Source of the DNA: Octopus vulgaris
Lineage: Eukaryota
Assembly: GCA_951406725.2 (NCBI GenBank)
Contig: OX597825.1
Span: forward strand, 18,848,001-18,912,000
Reading direction: 5' to 3'
DNA: 64,000 nucleotides
The notes beneath the pieces are model-generated. The model was given only the letters and a program-made list of their open reading frames with translations, did not search any database and was not told the DNA's origin. Shown in pieces: positions 14,713 through 29,202 of this stretch. Both the position numbers and the translations under genes were made by a program. Position 1 is the first letter of the stretch; every line of letters starts with the position of its first letter.

Positions 14713-15586
14713 TCACATACGTCTATCATGAAGAATTTAAGAATTTCATGTTCGCCAAGAAATTAATATCTTAGTAAAGAAGGCTGCAACTACGCTCCCT
14801 TCCGCAAAATTCAAACATACCCACTTATTCTTTTGCTAGGCTTATGTATAAGTGCAATAGTTGTTGTTGCTATCGTTAATGTTTCTTAATGTCCTTTAAA
14901 TTGTTCAAAATACTGTTATTTTCTGTCATAAAATCATTATTTTTTATTACTGTAAAGTATATATATTTTGCTTAAAAACTAAATGTTTGATTTTTTCCCT
15001 ATTTACTGTCCCTAAAAAAACGATTTTGTTTCTGTTCGTATCTCGTGTAGGTGGCTTTGCATTGCATAGCAACGATATTTATTTACGAGGAAAGGATTAT
15101 ATGTCTATATTTTTTGTTTTTCTTGCATTTTCTTCTTTGGGTTTTTTTTTTTTTTTGTCACTTTGCAAATAAATCTTTTATCGCCAAACTGAAAAGAAAA
15201 CACAAGTACTTAAATACTGTTATGTAGAAGTCCACGCAAAAGAATATTTCTCCGCACAGTTTCACCTCATAAAAATGAGAATGCTGAGAGGGGAGCAAAA
15301 TACGTAGGTCTGAGATAGTACAAGGAATAGCGATGATGCTGATGACAATGTTGTCGTTGTTGCTGGTGTTGTTGATGAAGAAGAAGAACTGGAGGGATCT
15401 TTCACGAAGATCGCCTCTTTCCCATTTTGTTTGTAACATTCGTGATCCCTGTCGATTATACGAAATGAATTTAAGAGAAAATACATGTCATCTCTTGTTT
15501 ATTTGAGGTAAATCCTTATGGCAAACACAAGAAGCAGCAGATTGCATAATGCAAATTGCAAGAATTATAACACTATTGGCAAGTTT

Positions 15587-15619
<33 letters not shown>

Positions 15620-15926
15620 GAGGGGGGGGGAACCTTTAAATAGAATTAGAAGAAATCTAGATAGTGATGGGAATATAGTTTCATTAAAAGTAGGCGAAAC
15701 GTACAATATATGAGAATACTCGAATGATACAAGATTAAAAGTATAAAAATGAAGGAAGCCCTCGGTAAAGAAATATTTTGGATGAATAAAAATATTTTTT
15801 TAAAATTCAAATTAAATGCATAAAACAACGGAGAATGATACATGAAGGTGTGTTTACAGAATATCTAGAACACAAAAGGAGAGAAGAATAAATGATGAAA
15901 TTATGAAAAACGTTAAAAGGGTGAAA

Positions 15927-16396
15927 TATTGGGTTGTCCGGAAAGTTCGTGCTGATTTATATCAGCTTACATTTCAACTTATTTTAGAACATGGTTGAGT
16001 TCGTAAATTAAGATTTGTCTACACCTCCACTTAGAGCACAGTTTAAGCTATCTTTTCGTGGAATAAGGTTTATGTTCCTATAACCTGTGTTAATTTTGTA
16101 AACATTTAAAATGGAAGATAAGAAAGTTCATTTTCGACGCTTGATGCTTTGGGAACCAGACAAAAATTGCTGCAAATTGGCTGGCATGTGTTACCCCACC
16201 CTCCATATTCACCGGATATTGCTCCTTCGGATTTCCACTCATTCAGGTCTCTGCAGAATAGTCTTAATTGTAAAAATTTCAATTCCTTGAATGTCACAAA
16301 AAGATACCTTGATGAATTCTTTGCCATGAATTATTCTGGGAAGAGAGTATTTTCAAGCTAATAGAAAGATGGATACTCATTGTGCAACAAAAGGGT
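15927..16396 (+). mobile_element. Internally deleted mariner transposon
   Basis: TA + TTGGGTTGTCCGG TIR-like start; MEDKKVHFR N-terminus fused to LPHPPYSPDIAPSDFH C-terminus. Confidence 0.9.
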
Positions 16397-16399
16397 ACA

Positions 16400-17080
16400 A
16401 CATAACAAGGGAGAATCTCCGCTCATGCTTTTTAAAATCACGAACAAACAACTGGCTTCGTTTAAAAAGGTGCTGATAAAAGACCCCGATGAAGTGATAT
16501 CGGCAGCAAAGGGACAGCCTATGCGGAGGAATTAAAATAAAAGGACGATAGATTTGTAGAATTTTTCACCCAAATGTAGAACGTCCAATGAATACGAAAC
16601 TGTTGAACACATTGTATTAGAATGCTGAAAGTTAGCTCAGCATTCATACAGAAAGTGTAAACATGCTGAAATTACAGCATTAAATCACCATAATTTTTGC
16701 AAGAAATTTGGTTTTGCATGCACTGAAAAAGCAACAACGACAGGGTTAAGTTGCATGGGACTTCCAAGCTGTAAATGAAATGTAGGACAAAAATCAGATA
16801 TTGTAGTCTTTGGCAAGAAGATGAAATAATGTATCGTAATCGACATGGCATGCTCATCTGAAAACCAGAGCAGAACGAAAAGGAAATGAAAAATAATTAT
16901 CCTTTTTGACAGCTTTTAAGTATGAAAATATTCAGGTGCAGGATGAATGGAGTTAACTAGGTCATGATATTAGCGATTATTATTGGAGACTTGGGAACTG
17001 TGTTAAGATATTCTGACAAGAATTCTTGTAAATTTGACATTAATCTGTTTCTAAGTAGGAGTAGTGCAGAAAGTATGTTT
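16400..17080 (+). mobile_element. Decayed R4/Dong LINE C-terminal fragment
   Basis: SPKCR..YETVEHIVLEC zinc-knuckle remnant and degenerate endonuclease region. Confidence 0.65.
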
Positions 17081-17136
17081 ACAATATACTAGTATTATTG
17101 TTTCTTAATGCCTTCCTTGTCCATAAGTATTGGATC

Positions 17137-17920
17137 AAGAAGAAGAAGAAGAAGAAGAAGAAGAAGAAGAAGAAGAAGAAGAAGAAGAAGAAGAAGAAGA
17201 AGAAGAAGAAGAAGAAGAAGAAGAAGAAGAAAATTAGGAAGAATCTTTTGATTTTTCTCTCCGACAGTTTAATTCCATGTCCGTAATACCGGAGCTGTAA
17301 CTTCGAATTGTGGCTTGACATAGAGACTATCTGATCTCCAATTTAGACATACTATCAAGTATACTTACTACAAATTATCCTTGAGAAGAATTCTCCTTAG
17401 GCCGCTTGTAATGGCGATCGTAATTGGTCATTACCATACATTCATGACCATAGAATGTGATAAGAGGGGACACCCAAATGAAGATGGCATGTTTGGCTCT
17501 TCTTAGTATATATCCGGTTCTGAAGATCAACTGCTGGGGCTGAAACGCTTCTTAGCATCTGGTCGAAATTCTAGCATTCAGTTCAGCCTCTTGTTTCCAT
17601 TCACTCCTGGATACAGTACCTCAGTACTTAAACTCTCCACTAGCTACGATGATGTTCCGCTGTCAGGCAAAGTACACCAAGAAAACTTCCTTTCGGCGAA
17701 AAATTTCTGTTTTCGCAACATCAAATTTCAACCCTGCCTTGCAAAACTAGGCTGCGGATTCATTCAGTGCATGCTGCAGATAACCTGCACGTTAACCAAG
17801 TAGCGTCATGTCGTCTGCATATAGTAAACGACCGATCCTACATCCAACGATTTTGATACCACTTTCAAACGGCTACGCATATCCATCCAGTTCATAACAG
17901 TCAAGATAAGAACATTATGA
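17137..17920 (-). mobile_element. Decayed LINE (RTE-like) RT fragment with adjacent (GAA)n tract
   Basis: Minus strand ~17830-17800 encodes GRLLYADDMTLL; (GAA)n at 17137-17231. Confidence 0.65.
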
Positions 17921-18812
17921 TAACAAAAAGTACATCATACTAATTCTAATAACAAAATCATTTAAATACTAAAACCTAAATGGTTAAAGTCGTTCTATTG
18001 GAATTTATCCGTCACGTGTTGCATTGTCTGAGACAGAAGTCTCAGTAAGATTTCCATTGAATGTTCTTAGTCGGTTTAGTTTGTAATTTATCTCTTTTGT
18101 TAAAGGAATACTTTATAAGCCAGAGGCTGTATTATACATTCTTTTCTGTTGTATGCATTTGAAAATTCCCCTATATAAATTCAAAGATGGTTTATTTATA
18201 TATAGTACATAAATGTATCATACGTAGACAAGTCGTCTCGTAATTTTAAGTTTCCAGAAATGAATATCAATGCTTATTGTTAGATGTGTAAGTAAATGAA
18301 ATGTGCTATCCAGAAATACAAAAGGGGTACAGACTTATATCACAACGGTAGATTTATCATATTTTATATTGTTTTACTTATTAGAATTAATTTATATTAA
18401 GCTAATATTTTTAAAAAATCCTTAAAAATATAAACGAAGATAGAAGACAGTTGGCAGGTGGATCTTATACTTTAGGTAAAATATTAATAATAATGTTTAC
18501 GTGAAGTTGTTTTATTGAGAAATCGAGTAGACATACGAACATACATTTGTGTATTTCTCTGGGTATACAGGTGACATACAAATACGCATAAAGCACACAG
18601 ACACAGTCAAAGACATTCGCACACACAGACACACATACACACACAGATAAGCACATACATCAGGTACGTGTACATGCATACGGTACCCTACAATCATGTT
18701 AATCACTGTACTTTTTTATGTAATCTCATTTTCGGATTTATCTGCCGGTGTAACTATCTATATATCTATTTATCTATCTATTTATATATCTGTCTGTCTA
18801 TCTATCTATCTA

Positions 18813-18885
<73 letters not shown>

Positions 18886-18965
18886 ATATCTATCTATCTA
18901 TCTATCTATCTATCTGTCTGTCGGTCTCTCTGTCTGTCTATTTATCTATCTATCTCTCTATCTAT

Positions 18966-19563
18966 CGTTTGTCTGTCCGTGTTTGTCCTCTCTGCGTTTA
19001 GCCCCTTGTGGGTAGTAAAGAAATAGGTAGTTCGTCTGCCGTTACGTTCTGAGTTCAAATTCCGCCGAGGTCGACTTTGCCTTTCATCCTTTCGGGGTTG
19101 ATTTAAAAAGTACCAGTTAATCACTGGGGTCGATATAATCGTATTAATCCGTTTGTCTGTCCTTGTTTGTCCCCTCTGCGTGTAGCCCCTTGTGGGTAGT
19201 AAAGACTTTGGTATTTCGTCTGCCGTTACGTTCTGAGTTCAAATTTCGCCGAGGTCGACTTTGCCTTTCATCCTTTCGGGGTCGATTAAATAAGTACCAG
19301 TTACGCACTGGGGTCGATATAATCGACTTAATTCCTTTGTCTGTCTTTGTTTGTCCCCTATATGTTTAGCCCCCCGTGGGCAATAACGAAATAAATATTC
19401 GTCTACCGTTAAGTTCTGAATTCAAATTCCGCCGAGGTCCACTTTGCCTTTAATCCTTTCGGGGTCGACAAATTAAATACCAGTTGCGTACTGAGGTCGA
19501 TCTAATCGACTGGTGCCACCTCAGCAAAACATTTGGGGCCTTGTGCGTAGAGTAGAAATGAAT
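18966..19563 (+). mobile_element. Tandem array of SINE A bodies (184-bp units) ending in an old-type tail
   Basis: Tail/body junctions at ~19025, ~19209 and ~19393; preceded by (TCTA)n at 18755-18965. Confidence 0.92.
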
Positions 19564-20154
19564 GTCTATCAATCTATCTATGTATGCTCGTGTGCATGTA
19601 TAACTGTTTTTCTGCTAGTAGCATTGTGACTAAGATGATATTTGCTTTACTAAACCGACAGATCACGAATGAAAACCTCGGGGAATCCAACTCTACTTAT
19701 AATCAATTATAGCACTCGAAAAGTTTAGAGGCCAGCCGAAATATTCCCACAATGAAGACGATAAGATCCAGAATTGATAGTAATGAAAGAATTAAAAGTA
19801 TCAATGACATCATTGATCGTATTGCTGTAGATTTTTGGCAGTTTCTATCCGTCCCTGATGAATATTGCGCAATAATTCTAGTGCCACAGCTGACGCTGCT
19901 ACTACTGCTGCTCTGCCGCTGCTACTGCTGCTGCTACTCCTACTGTTCCTATTGCTTTGAAGTTGAATTTTCGAATAATATCTTTATGATTCCTTTACTG
20001 ATAAATAAATATCGAAATATATCCACTGGTAGCCGATTTAGTATTTTTCTAGCAAAGAATCAAAGCAACAATGTTTCGCATAATACCACAGAGTAATCAT
20101 TTTATTTAAGGTCTGTACCCTTACTGCTCTGCTACATTAACAGAATACTTAGAT

Positions 20155-20914
20155 TTCTTTATTTTGGTCATAAGATCTAATATAGGACAGTACAGGACAA
20201 TACAAAACATTAGTAAAGAAATACTCAGCGAGCTTTTTTCAGTTGATTTTTCTTTTCACAAAAATATATTAAGTTAAAAATAGAGAATTTATATGAATAA
20301 AAATTTTGATTTCCTTACATTTTTTCTTGTTGATCTACTGTCCAACGGCTTTTTTTCCTTCTGGTAGATTAAGTAGGGACAGTCACTCCCAACTTCCTTA
20401 CCACATCCTTCCATCTTTTCTCATATATACTTCTAGACAGGTGTCTACTTTCCAGTCCTATCTTGCTTTTCAGGTGATACCTGAAGTAGTAAAGCATTCC
20501 AGGGCCAGAGATGAAGACCCCTAACTTCTTACCTTGTATTCTGGTTCTCCATGCACACTCTTTCATAACAGTGACTGTACACAGAAAACAGGCCTCACCT
20601 TCTTTGGGCAGTCCGGTGAGCGGTACATTCTTAATCACAGACTCAGCCGATATTCTTCCCAGATGTGACAACACGTGTTCTACGTAAATTGCCATCTCCG
20701 AAAGATGTTTACACTGTACAAGAGCATGCAGGATAGTTTCCTTCTCCTGTCCACCTCTTGGACATTCGGGTGGTACTGCAATTCCATGCCTAGACAACCT
20801 ATCGTGAACGGGTAATGCTTTCCTGAAACGCCGCCAGGTCAGGGAACTTCGGTAATTATCGAAATATCCCCACCGGAAAGTGTTCTGAAACATGTTGGAT
20901 AGCTGTTTCCCATG
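20155..20914 (-). mobile_element. 5'-truncated Tx1/L1-clade LINE with 17-bp TSD
   Basis: ORF 20369-20893 has the zf-RVT/CCHC C-terminus (ALPVHDRL..CPR..ETILHALVQC); TAACAGAATACTTAGAT at 20138-20154 and 20915-20931. Confidence 0.88.
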
Positions 20915-20960
20915 TAACAGAATACTTAGATAGCACAGATAATATCAATCTCTAATACAA

Positions 20961-21623
20961 TTAGTATATTTCATTGTTTACCTGTAAAAAGGTTTACATA
21001 ATGGGGACGTTACAAGGGCAGACAAGGGACATATAGGGTACAAACACGCTTCTTATATACAAGATGAAAAGACAGATGGATTTACATCTGGGTTGGGAGA
21101 TAAAAATATACGTGATGATTGGAAGGAATTTGGGTTCCGGTTCGTTATCCCTTTTGGTAATCTTTTTCATTTCTTTTATGTTCCGACCGACCGTGCAAGC
21201 ACAGACTGGAGCATTCTCATCTTTCTTACCACTGCCATCCAACTTTTTGCAAACGCTCTTTGCGGCAGGCTCCTCCTCTCCAGACGGATCTTGCTGGACA
21301 GATGGGCGGCAAAGTTATTCACCAGCCCACGTCCGGAGATGAATTGACCTGTCGCAATCCCTTTCGCTCGCGTCTTCCATACCACATCTTTCAGTATGGT
21401 TACTACGCAGAGAAAAGCTACCTTCTTTTCTTTGGTGAAAGAGGAAAGTCGTACAATATTTATCAGGGACTCGGACGAGAGCCGTACTCTTTCCGCATCC
21501 GACAACAGCTGTTCTGCAAAGGCCAAAGACTCCCTCAATTCCTCACAGTGTACGAAGGCGTGCGTAACCTTTTCTCTGGCACGCCCGCACCTCGGAACGT
21601 GGGGGAGGTGTTAATACCATGCC
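20961..21623 (-). mobile_element. Second 5'-truncated Tx1/L1-clade LINE
   Basis: ORF 21176-21538 is homologous to the neighbouring copy (SSESLIN, KDVVWKTR); possible TSD TCTCTAATACAA at 20949-20960 and 21624-21635. Confidence 0.82.
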
Positions 21624-21702
21624 TCTCTAATACAAGAAATAGAAGCCATTGTGGTAGTGAAATTCTAAACAGCATACCTTTTATCAATTGAAATGAAACA
21701 TA

Positions 21703-22123
21703 GGCGCAGGAGTGGCTGTGTGGTAAGTAAGTTGCTTACCAACCACATGGTACCGGGTTCAGTCCCACTGCGTGGCACCTTGGGCAATTGTCTTCTACTC
21801 TAGCCTCGGGCCGACCAAAGCCTTGTGAGTGGATTTGGTACACGGAAACTGAAAGAAGCCCGTCGTAAGAAAGAATATATATATGTGTGTGTGTGTGTGT
21901 GTTTGTGTGTCTGTGTTTGTCCACCCCAACATCGCTTGACAACCGATGCTGGTGTGTTTACGTCCCCGTAACGTAGCGGTTCGGCAAAAGAAACCGATAG
22001 AATAAGTACTGGGCTTACAAAGAATAAGTCCTGGGGTCGATTTGCTCGACTAAAAGGCGGTGCTTCAGCATGGCCAGAGTCAAATGACTAAAACAAGTAA
22101 AAGAGTAAAAGAGAGTAAAGAGT
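21703..22123 (+). mobile_element. Full-length SINE family B (tRNA head, CORE-like CCTTGGGCAA motif, internal microsatellite)
   Basis: A box TGGCTGTGTGG, B box GTTCAGTCCC, tail GAGTAAAA repeats; more than 10 copies in window. Confidence 0.92.
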
Positions 22124-22549
22124 ATATCCCCAATTACCAAGGCTGGCGCTGTTCAGGGAGATGAGGTAATAAGTATTAAATAAGTATTAAAGTATTTTTT
22201 TCTTTTTTGTATAGATAAACAACGTAACATTTCCCGGATGTGATAAATTGTTGCTACACGTGAAAGTATATTAATGTACGCCTCATACGGTCATTACAGC
22301 CATTTATCGAGTGCAATTTGAATATTTTTAGCGTATTGAACATCTCAATTACGCAACCAATAAAAACTTATAATTACAATTTATAAAACATAGAATCTAC
22401 AAATTTAAATGCTCAACCGTTTATCTATTTCTTGTTGAACTAGAAAGTACACATCCAAATTACCCACTAACTTGTTAGAGATATCGGATATGAGCGTTGT
22501 TATATCAACTATATTTTGTAGTTTCAGTCTCCCAGAATATCTAGAGGAA

Positions 22550-22624
<75 letters not shown>

Positions 22625-22636
22625 TATATTAAATAA

Positions 22637-23033
22637 GGCGGTAAGCTGGCAGAATCGTTAGCACGCCGTGCGAAATGCGTAGCCGTATTTCGTCTGCCGT
22701 TACGTTCTGAGTTCAAATTTCGCCGAGGTCGACTTTGCCTTTCATCCTTTCGGGGTCGATTAAATAAGTACCAGTTACGTACTGAGATCGATATAATCAA
22801 CTTAATCCCCTTGCCTGTCCTTGTTTATCCTCTCTGTGTTTAGCCTCTTGTGGGTAGGAAAGAAATAGGTATTTTGTCTGCCGCTACGTTCTGAGTTCAA
22901 ATTCCGCCGACGTCGACTGTGCGTATCAGCCTTTCGGGGTCGAAAAATTAAGTACCAGTCAAGTATTGGGATGCATGTGAGCGATTGTCTCCCTCTCCAC
23001 AAATATTCAGGCCTTGTTTCTGTAGTTCAAACG
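22637..23033 (+). mobile_element. SINE A dimer (head + young unit + old-tailed unit) between (ATT)n tracts
   Basis: Junction AAGAAATA|GGTATTTTG at 22867/22868. Confidence 0.9.
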
Positions 23034-23125
<92 letters not shown>

Positions 23126-23162
23126 TAGTAGTAGTAGTAGTAGCAGTAGTAGTAGTAGTAGC

Positions 23163-23199
<37 letters not shown>

Positions 23200-23489
23200 T
23201 TTTGTTTGACTGTTGCTTTACATTTGTACAGGTTGGCTCCAAGTCTTATACAGAGACCTCAAGACACAGCAAGTTAGATTTTCATGTTGGTGTTATGCCT
23301 AGGGTGCCATATATTTGGTTTTGTACAAAGAGGAAAATCAACCCACAAGGCCTTGGTTGGCCCGAGGCTATAGTAGGAGACACCTGCGCAAAGTGACACG
23401 CAGTGGGACTAAACCCGGAGCCATGTGGTTTGGAAGCAAGCTTCTTACCACACAGTCACGCATGCGCCTAGCCATACATACACAGACAT

Positions 23490-24240
23490 GCAGGAAATAG
23501 ACACCTCTAATTTTCAAAATCTTTTATTTACTACACAAAGCGAACAATTGAAATGTAATCGATAGGTAGGACTACTTACTTTAGTATTTAGTTGACATTC
23601 CCTTTGCTGTTTTTAATTCAGAAACTCTTTTTGGCATTGAACTGATGAGCTTTGTGATTGTCTCCTGTGGAATTTCTGCCCACTTTGCACGCAACAATCG
23701 AAACAATTCATCTTTTGATTTAGGTTTCTGTCGAGATTTTCTGATAGCTCTATCTAGTATGCTCCAAAGATTTCCAATTGGTTTCATGTCAGGAGATTGG
23801 CTCGGCCAAGTGCTTTTTTTTATCCCATTTTCAGCCAACCATGTAAGGAAATCAAAATTTCCTTTTTGATGTGTCGCATGGAACCCCATCTTCCATGAAT
23901 AAAAGCTCATTTTTCGTTATATTATCGTGTGAATATATGGGAAGTAGTCCTTGCTTAAGTATTTCGATGTATTTTTCAGAGTTTATGGTTCCAACACATT
24001 CGATCATCTCAGAACGACCATTGCTGGTGACAGCTCCCCATACCATTATAGAGATACCGCCATGTTTCACAGTTGGTTGCAATCGTTTCAAATCAAATTC
24101 TTAATTGGGAAGCCTCCAGACCCAAACACGTCCACTGGCTGAAAATAATGGAAGTCTGGATTCATCTGAGAAAATCACTCTATCCCAAAATGAACTGGAT
24201 TTCACTGACATCTCCTTAACCCTTTCACAATATCGTTAGC
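23490..24240 (-). pseudogene. Tc1-family transposase relic
   Basis: VIFSDES, PTVKHGGISIMVWG and WPSQSPDMKPIGNLW motifs; frameshifted. Confidence 0.92.
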
Positions 24241-24775
24241 ATGCAAATAGACGGATAGTGTTTATAACAGAGATTTCTACTGACGATAAAAGTAGCGATT
24301 AACTATTAATGTCGGTTCACCGTATTTTTCACGTTGTTTAAAATTTCTTTCTTAAATTAGCTGTACTCCACTGAAGTATTATACATTAATACGTATCTAA
24401 ATTAGACTGAGTTTCTCCGAAAGATTTACATTGTAAGACGACAGTATACATTATTAAGGCTCTATTATCTATTATATTAATCTAATTAACTGATAACATG
24501 TTAGTCTCCATTCGAGTACTGTTGAATTATACAAAATGTCTCAAGAATAATATAAGGAAACACACCGAAATGGTTAGAGACTATATAATTATGTTGTGAA
24601 GACCAACAGTCTGGTTATTAAAATGCTTGAACATATCCACGTATAAATGAGAGTCTTATAAACAGGGATTTATTTTTATTGGCCATTAGAGAATTACAAT
24701 TGCTATCATATGCTTAGATATGGTGGAAATTCGTCCTTGCTTTGGGAGAGCTTTTGAAATGGAGTATAGAGATTA

Positions 24776-25398
<623 letters not shown>

Positions 25399-25435
25399 CA
25401 TGTATAAGATGAGTAAGATATTTTAATATGTAAGC

Positions 25436-25640
25436 GTGAGGGTGACGTGCTGGCACACTCGTTAGCACGCCGGACAAAATGCTGAGCAGTGTTTTGTCCG
25501 ACTTCACTTTCTGGCTTCGAATTCCGCCGAGATCAACTTTGCCTTTTATGCTACAGGGTCTATAAAATAAGCACCAGCTGAACGCTGGGGTCGATGTTAT
25601 CGACTTACCTCCTTCCCCAAAGTGAAAATTTGGAACCTGT
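25436..25640 (+). mobile_element. Old SINE A monomer
   Basis: Diverged head and central domain. Confidence 0.8.
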
Positions 25641-26369
25641 TTTAAAAGATTATCAGTAATTTTACAACATAATACCTACTATATAAAATGCTGTAACTAG
25701 GAATAAAAGCTCGCGCTGGTTAGGATTACGGCTAGTGTTTATATATGTTTAGAAATACTTCATGCTACTAATCCCCTAATCCATGATTAAGACATTTTGT
25801 CATAGTGATAATACTGCTAGAATATCAGATTTGTTGGTTCTAGCTGCCACGTACAATTTGATTAAGTACTGGTAAATTTTACAATTTGGTTAACTGTGAT
25901 AAAGAAATTTCTATGTTATATCCTATAATCGATTTTAAAAAGACATATTATTAACTCGCCGCCTTAAGTTGTAAAGGATATTACGACATATATTGTTAAG
26001 CAATGCGCACTTTTATCATAACTTTTTCTGACTGCTAGCTCGGGGGCTAGCAATTTTGTGGGAACGGGAAAATATTTTACATCCACCCAGTAATCGACTG
26101 GTACTTTTTATTGACCCCAAATGTTGAAAGGATCTATTAGAATTCGGACTGTAAAACCGGAAGAAATGCTGCTAAAGCGTTTTCTCCAGCCTTCTAATTC
26201 TCCTGCTGGCTGACCGCCCAACGCTGTTTTTCATTATAATATTATGGTAAAATGCCACGTCGCATTGCGGTTTTGGATCCAACTTTACTTGAGAATGGGG
26301 CTTAGTTCTTTTCTAAATTCACACAGAATGTCGAATTTTCGCCTCTGTTATGTTAGTATATTGGATATT

Positions 26370-27346
26370 GGATCTTTTCAATTGTGTGGCCAGGAGCCCA
26401 GATCTTTCTACTTAACTAAATAATTTGAAACTTCGTATGCTGGTACAGTGTTTCAAAACAAGACACAGGTTGGAACTAGTTTATTTGAGAAAAATCTGTT
26501 TTATGACTTTAATCGTAGATTAAAACTGCGAATTTTAACCAATGAGATTGCTTGTTTTCATATTTAATACGTTACTGCATTCTGTTAGTGTGACGTAGAA
26601 AGCAGTTTTGTGACGTAGGCAACTGTGCACATTTGAGGCTAACATACATAGATACATACACACACACACACACACATACATACAGATACACATACACCGA
26701 GTATTCACTCGAAAAAACTAAACACTGAATCGGCCATACATACATACATACATACACACACACACATACATACACACACATACACACACACATACATAGA
26801 TACATACACACACACACATGCACACACATACATACATACAGATACACATACACCGAGTATTCACTCGAAAAAACTAAACACCGAATCGGCCATACATACA
26901 TACATACATACATACACACACATACATACACACACATACACACACACACACACATACATAGATACATACACACATACATACATACATACATACATACATA
27001 CATACATACATACATACATACATACATACATCATACATATACACATACACCGAGTAAAAAATTTCATCGTTATTGTTTTGTTTACATTTGTTTACATACC
27101 ATATGTTTACTACGTCACCAAATTGGTGGTCGAGACGGAGTAAATAATATGAAGCCGAAAGACGGAATACCATTGGTTAAAATTCTAATTATTAAACAAT
27201 GTTAAACTTAGAAGTTACAATTCCGTTTTCATTCTGGTTTACAATTAAGTTTACTTTTGACACATTCTACCAGTATACGAAGTTTCAAATTGTTTGGTTC
27301 AGTAGGAAAAATTTGAAAAAAACTGGCTTCACAAATGAAAAGATCC
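26370..27346. mobile_element. Foldback/MITE-type non-autonomous DNA transposon with an internal CA-rich minisatellite
   Basis: GGATCTTTTCA...TGAAAAGATCC ends; TTTGAAACTTCGTAT and AATTTTAACCAATG each mirrored on the opposite arm; ~137-bp repeat at 26640-27055. Confidence 0.7.
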
Positions 27347-28774
27347 TGGATATTTACTAGGAAATGCTGACAAGTTCTTGGCTTTGGGTAAAAGAAAATA
27401 CAGGAAGATCAGTTAATTATGATTTTATTGAACACATTCCTCTCTCCATTAGGAACACTTCTCGCAGAAGATCTTCAATTTTTTTAAGCTCTGTAAAACA
27501 GGGATAGGTGAATAGGGGTAAGTTACTTCAAGTGGAGTAAAAATGAAATTCTTGTGGGTAATGAAGACCTTAAAAAATGTGTTCATTCTTATGACAGAAT
27601 TTTTTCTTGTGACAACACTGCATTTGTCCTATGTAATGGACATGTAAAGAAATTACTATAAATAGGTTCGATAAAAAAGATTCAATAAAACTTTTGAATT
27701 CAAAGAATTTATGATTTTCTTCCTTTCAAATCAAAGTGGTAACGTCGGTCTAAATAAATATATTTGGGGACAATTGGTTAAAAAAGTTCCCCGACCCCTG
27801 TTGTAAAAGAACTCGGAATGTTGGGCCTCGAACCAGTACTTTAGCGATAGGTTTAAAGCTAGGAAGCTCTCTAAACTCCGGCCCCAATGCATATTGTGTA
27901 TGCTGTATATGTGTATATATAGTGGTGAGTGTTGAAGTGTCCACTCATAAATATACTATTATTTGCCTGATTTTTCTGTGTGTATGTGCGCGTGTAATTG
28001 CGTGTGTGCATGTGTGCATGTGTGCGTGCGTATATTAGTGTAAGTATGAGAGCATGTATCCATTGTTTAGTACAACTGACCAAATAATAAAGACAATCTC
28101 AATTTAAAATAGACTTCAGCACCTAAATATCTTTGCTATGGTCAGTTACTTTCACGCCCGCTTCTTCCTCCGGTTACTGCTGTCCCTTCACTTAATCTGA
28201 TTCTGTTTCGTCTTTGCTCATGAACTTTGTTCTTTTTTGCACCGTTTGCCATCCTCAACCATCCGCTCCCGCCACGTTCACATCACTTTCCAGTCTTCTT
28301 ACCATTTAACCTCACCTTCTCTGAACGTATCTTCTTCATTCCCGATAACACTGAGGCCAGTGTCCGCACTGATAATCTACAAGAGCATTAATTTATTTCG
28401 AAGAGGTTTCTTGGTGCAGTCGATCTTTAAGTCCCGCACACTCTAATTAAATTAGTATTTTCCTCCCCCTTGCCTCACTTTGACTTGATCCATTCATCGG
28501 TTGTCTCCTATGCCAGACGAATAGACATTTCATACTTCCCCTTCCTTTCCTCTCTCTTTCTCTCTTTCTTTCACTCTCCCCTTCCTCTTCCCCTGCCTTC
28601 TTCCTTTCTCTCTGTAAATGTATTCACACAGACACACACACACAAACACACACATAGATACATATTTGTATGTATGTGTGTGTCTATGGATAAGTACCAA
28701 TTGAACTCTGGGATCGATCTTACCGCCTCCCCTGAAATTGCTGTCCTGGTGCCAAAATTGTCATTGTTATTATA

Positions 28775-28816
<42 letters not shown>

Positions 28817-28819
<3 letters not shown>

Positions 28820-29130
28820 TAGTTTTATTTTTTTTATAGCGTGCTTTCACTTTACTACCGAGCGCAGCTCTGTGTGCCTTGGGTATGTGCTGAGATTTGT
28901 TGTGATGCTCTGATGGTTATTGTATGGAAAGTGTTCTGCGTAGGATGTGTGCAGTGCCTAGAAGTGCAATTTTATGTATGTTATATGTGTTTGTAAGTCC
29001 TGGTGTTTTTGTTCTGTATTTGTCTGAATATTTTTTTATCATGCCTAATGCACCTACTATGATAGGAATTGTTTCTGTTTTCAGATTCCACATTCTAGTT
29101 ACCTCTATTTCCAGGTCTTTGTATTTTGAG

Positions 29131-29134
<4 letters not shown>
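28817..29134 (-). mobile_element. R4/Dong LINE 3' end embedded in (TAA)n
   Basis: KYKDLEIEVTRMWNLKTETIPIIVGALG...LGTAHILRRTL* with 3' UTR; TAA repeats on both sides, the known Dong target. Confidence 0.9.

Positions 29135-29202
<68 letters not shown>

Noticed and set aside
18966-19563. Regularly spaced repeats as a CRISPR array
   Set aside because: The whole 184-bp unit repeats with no unique spacers, there are no cas genes, and the context is eukaryotic SINE sequence.
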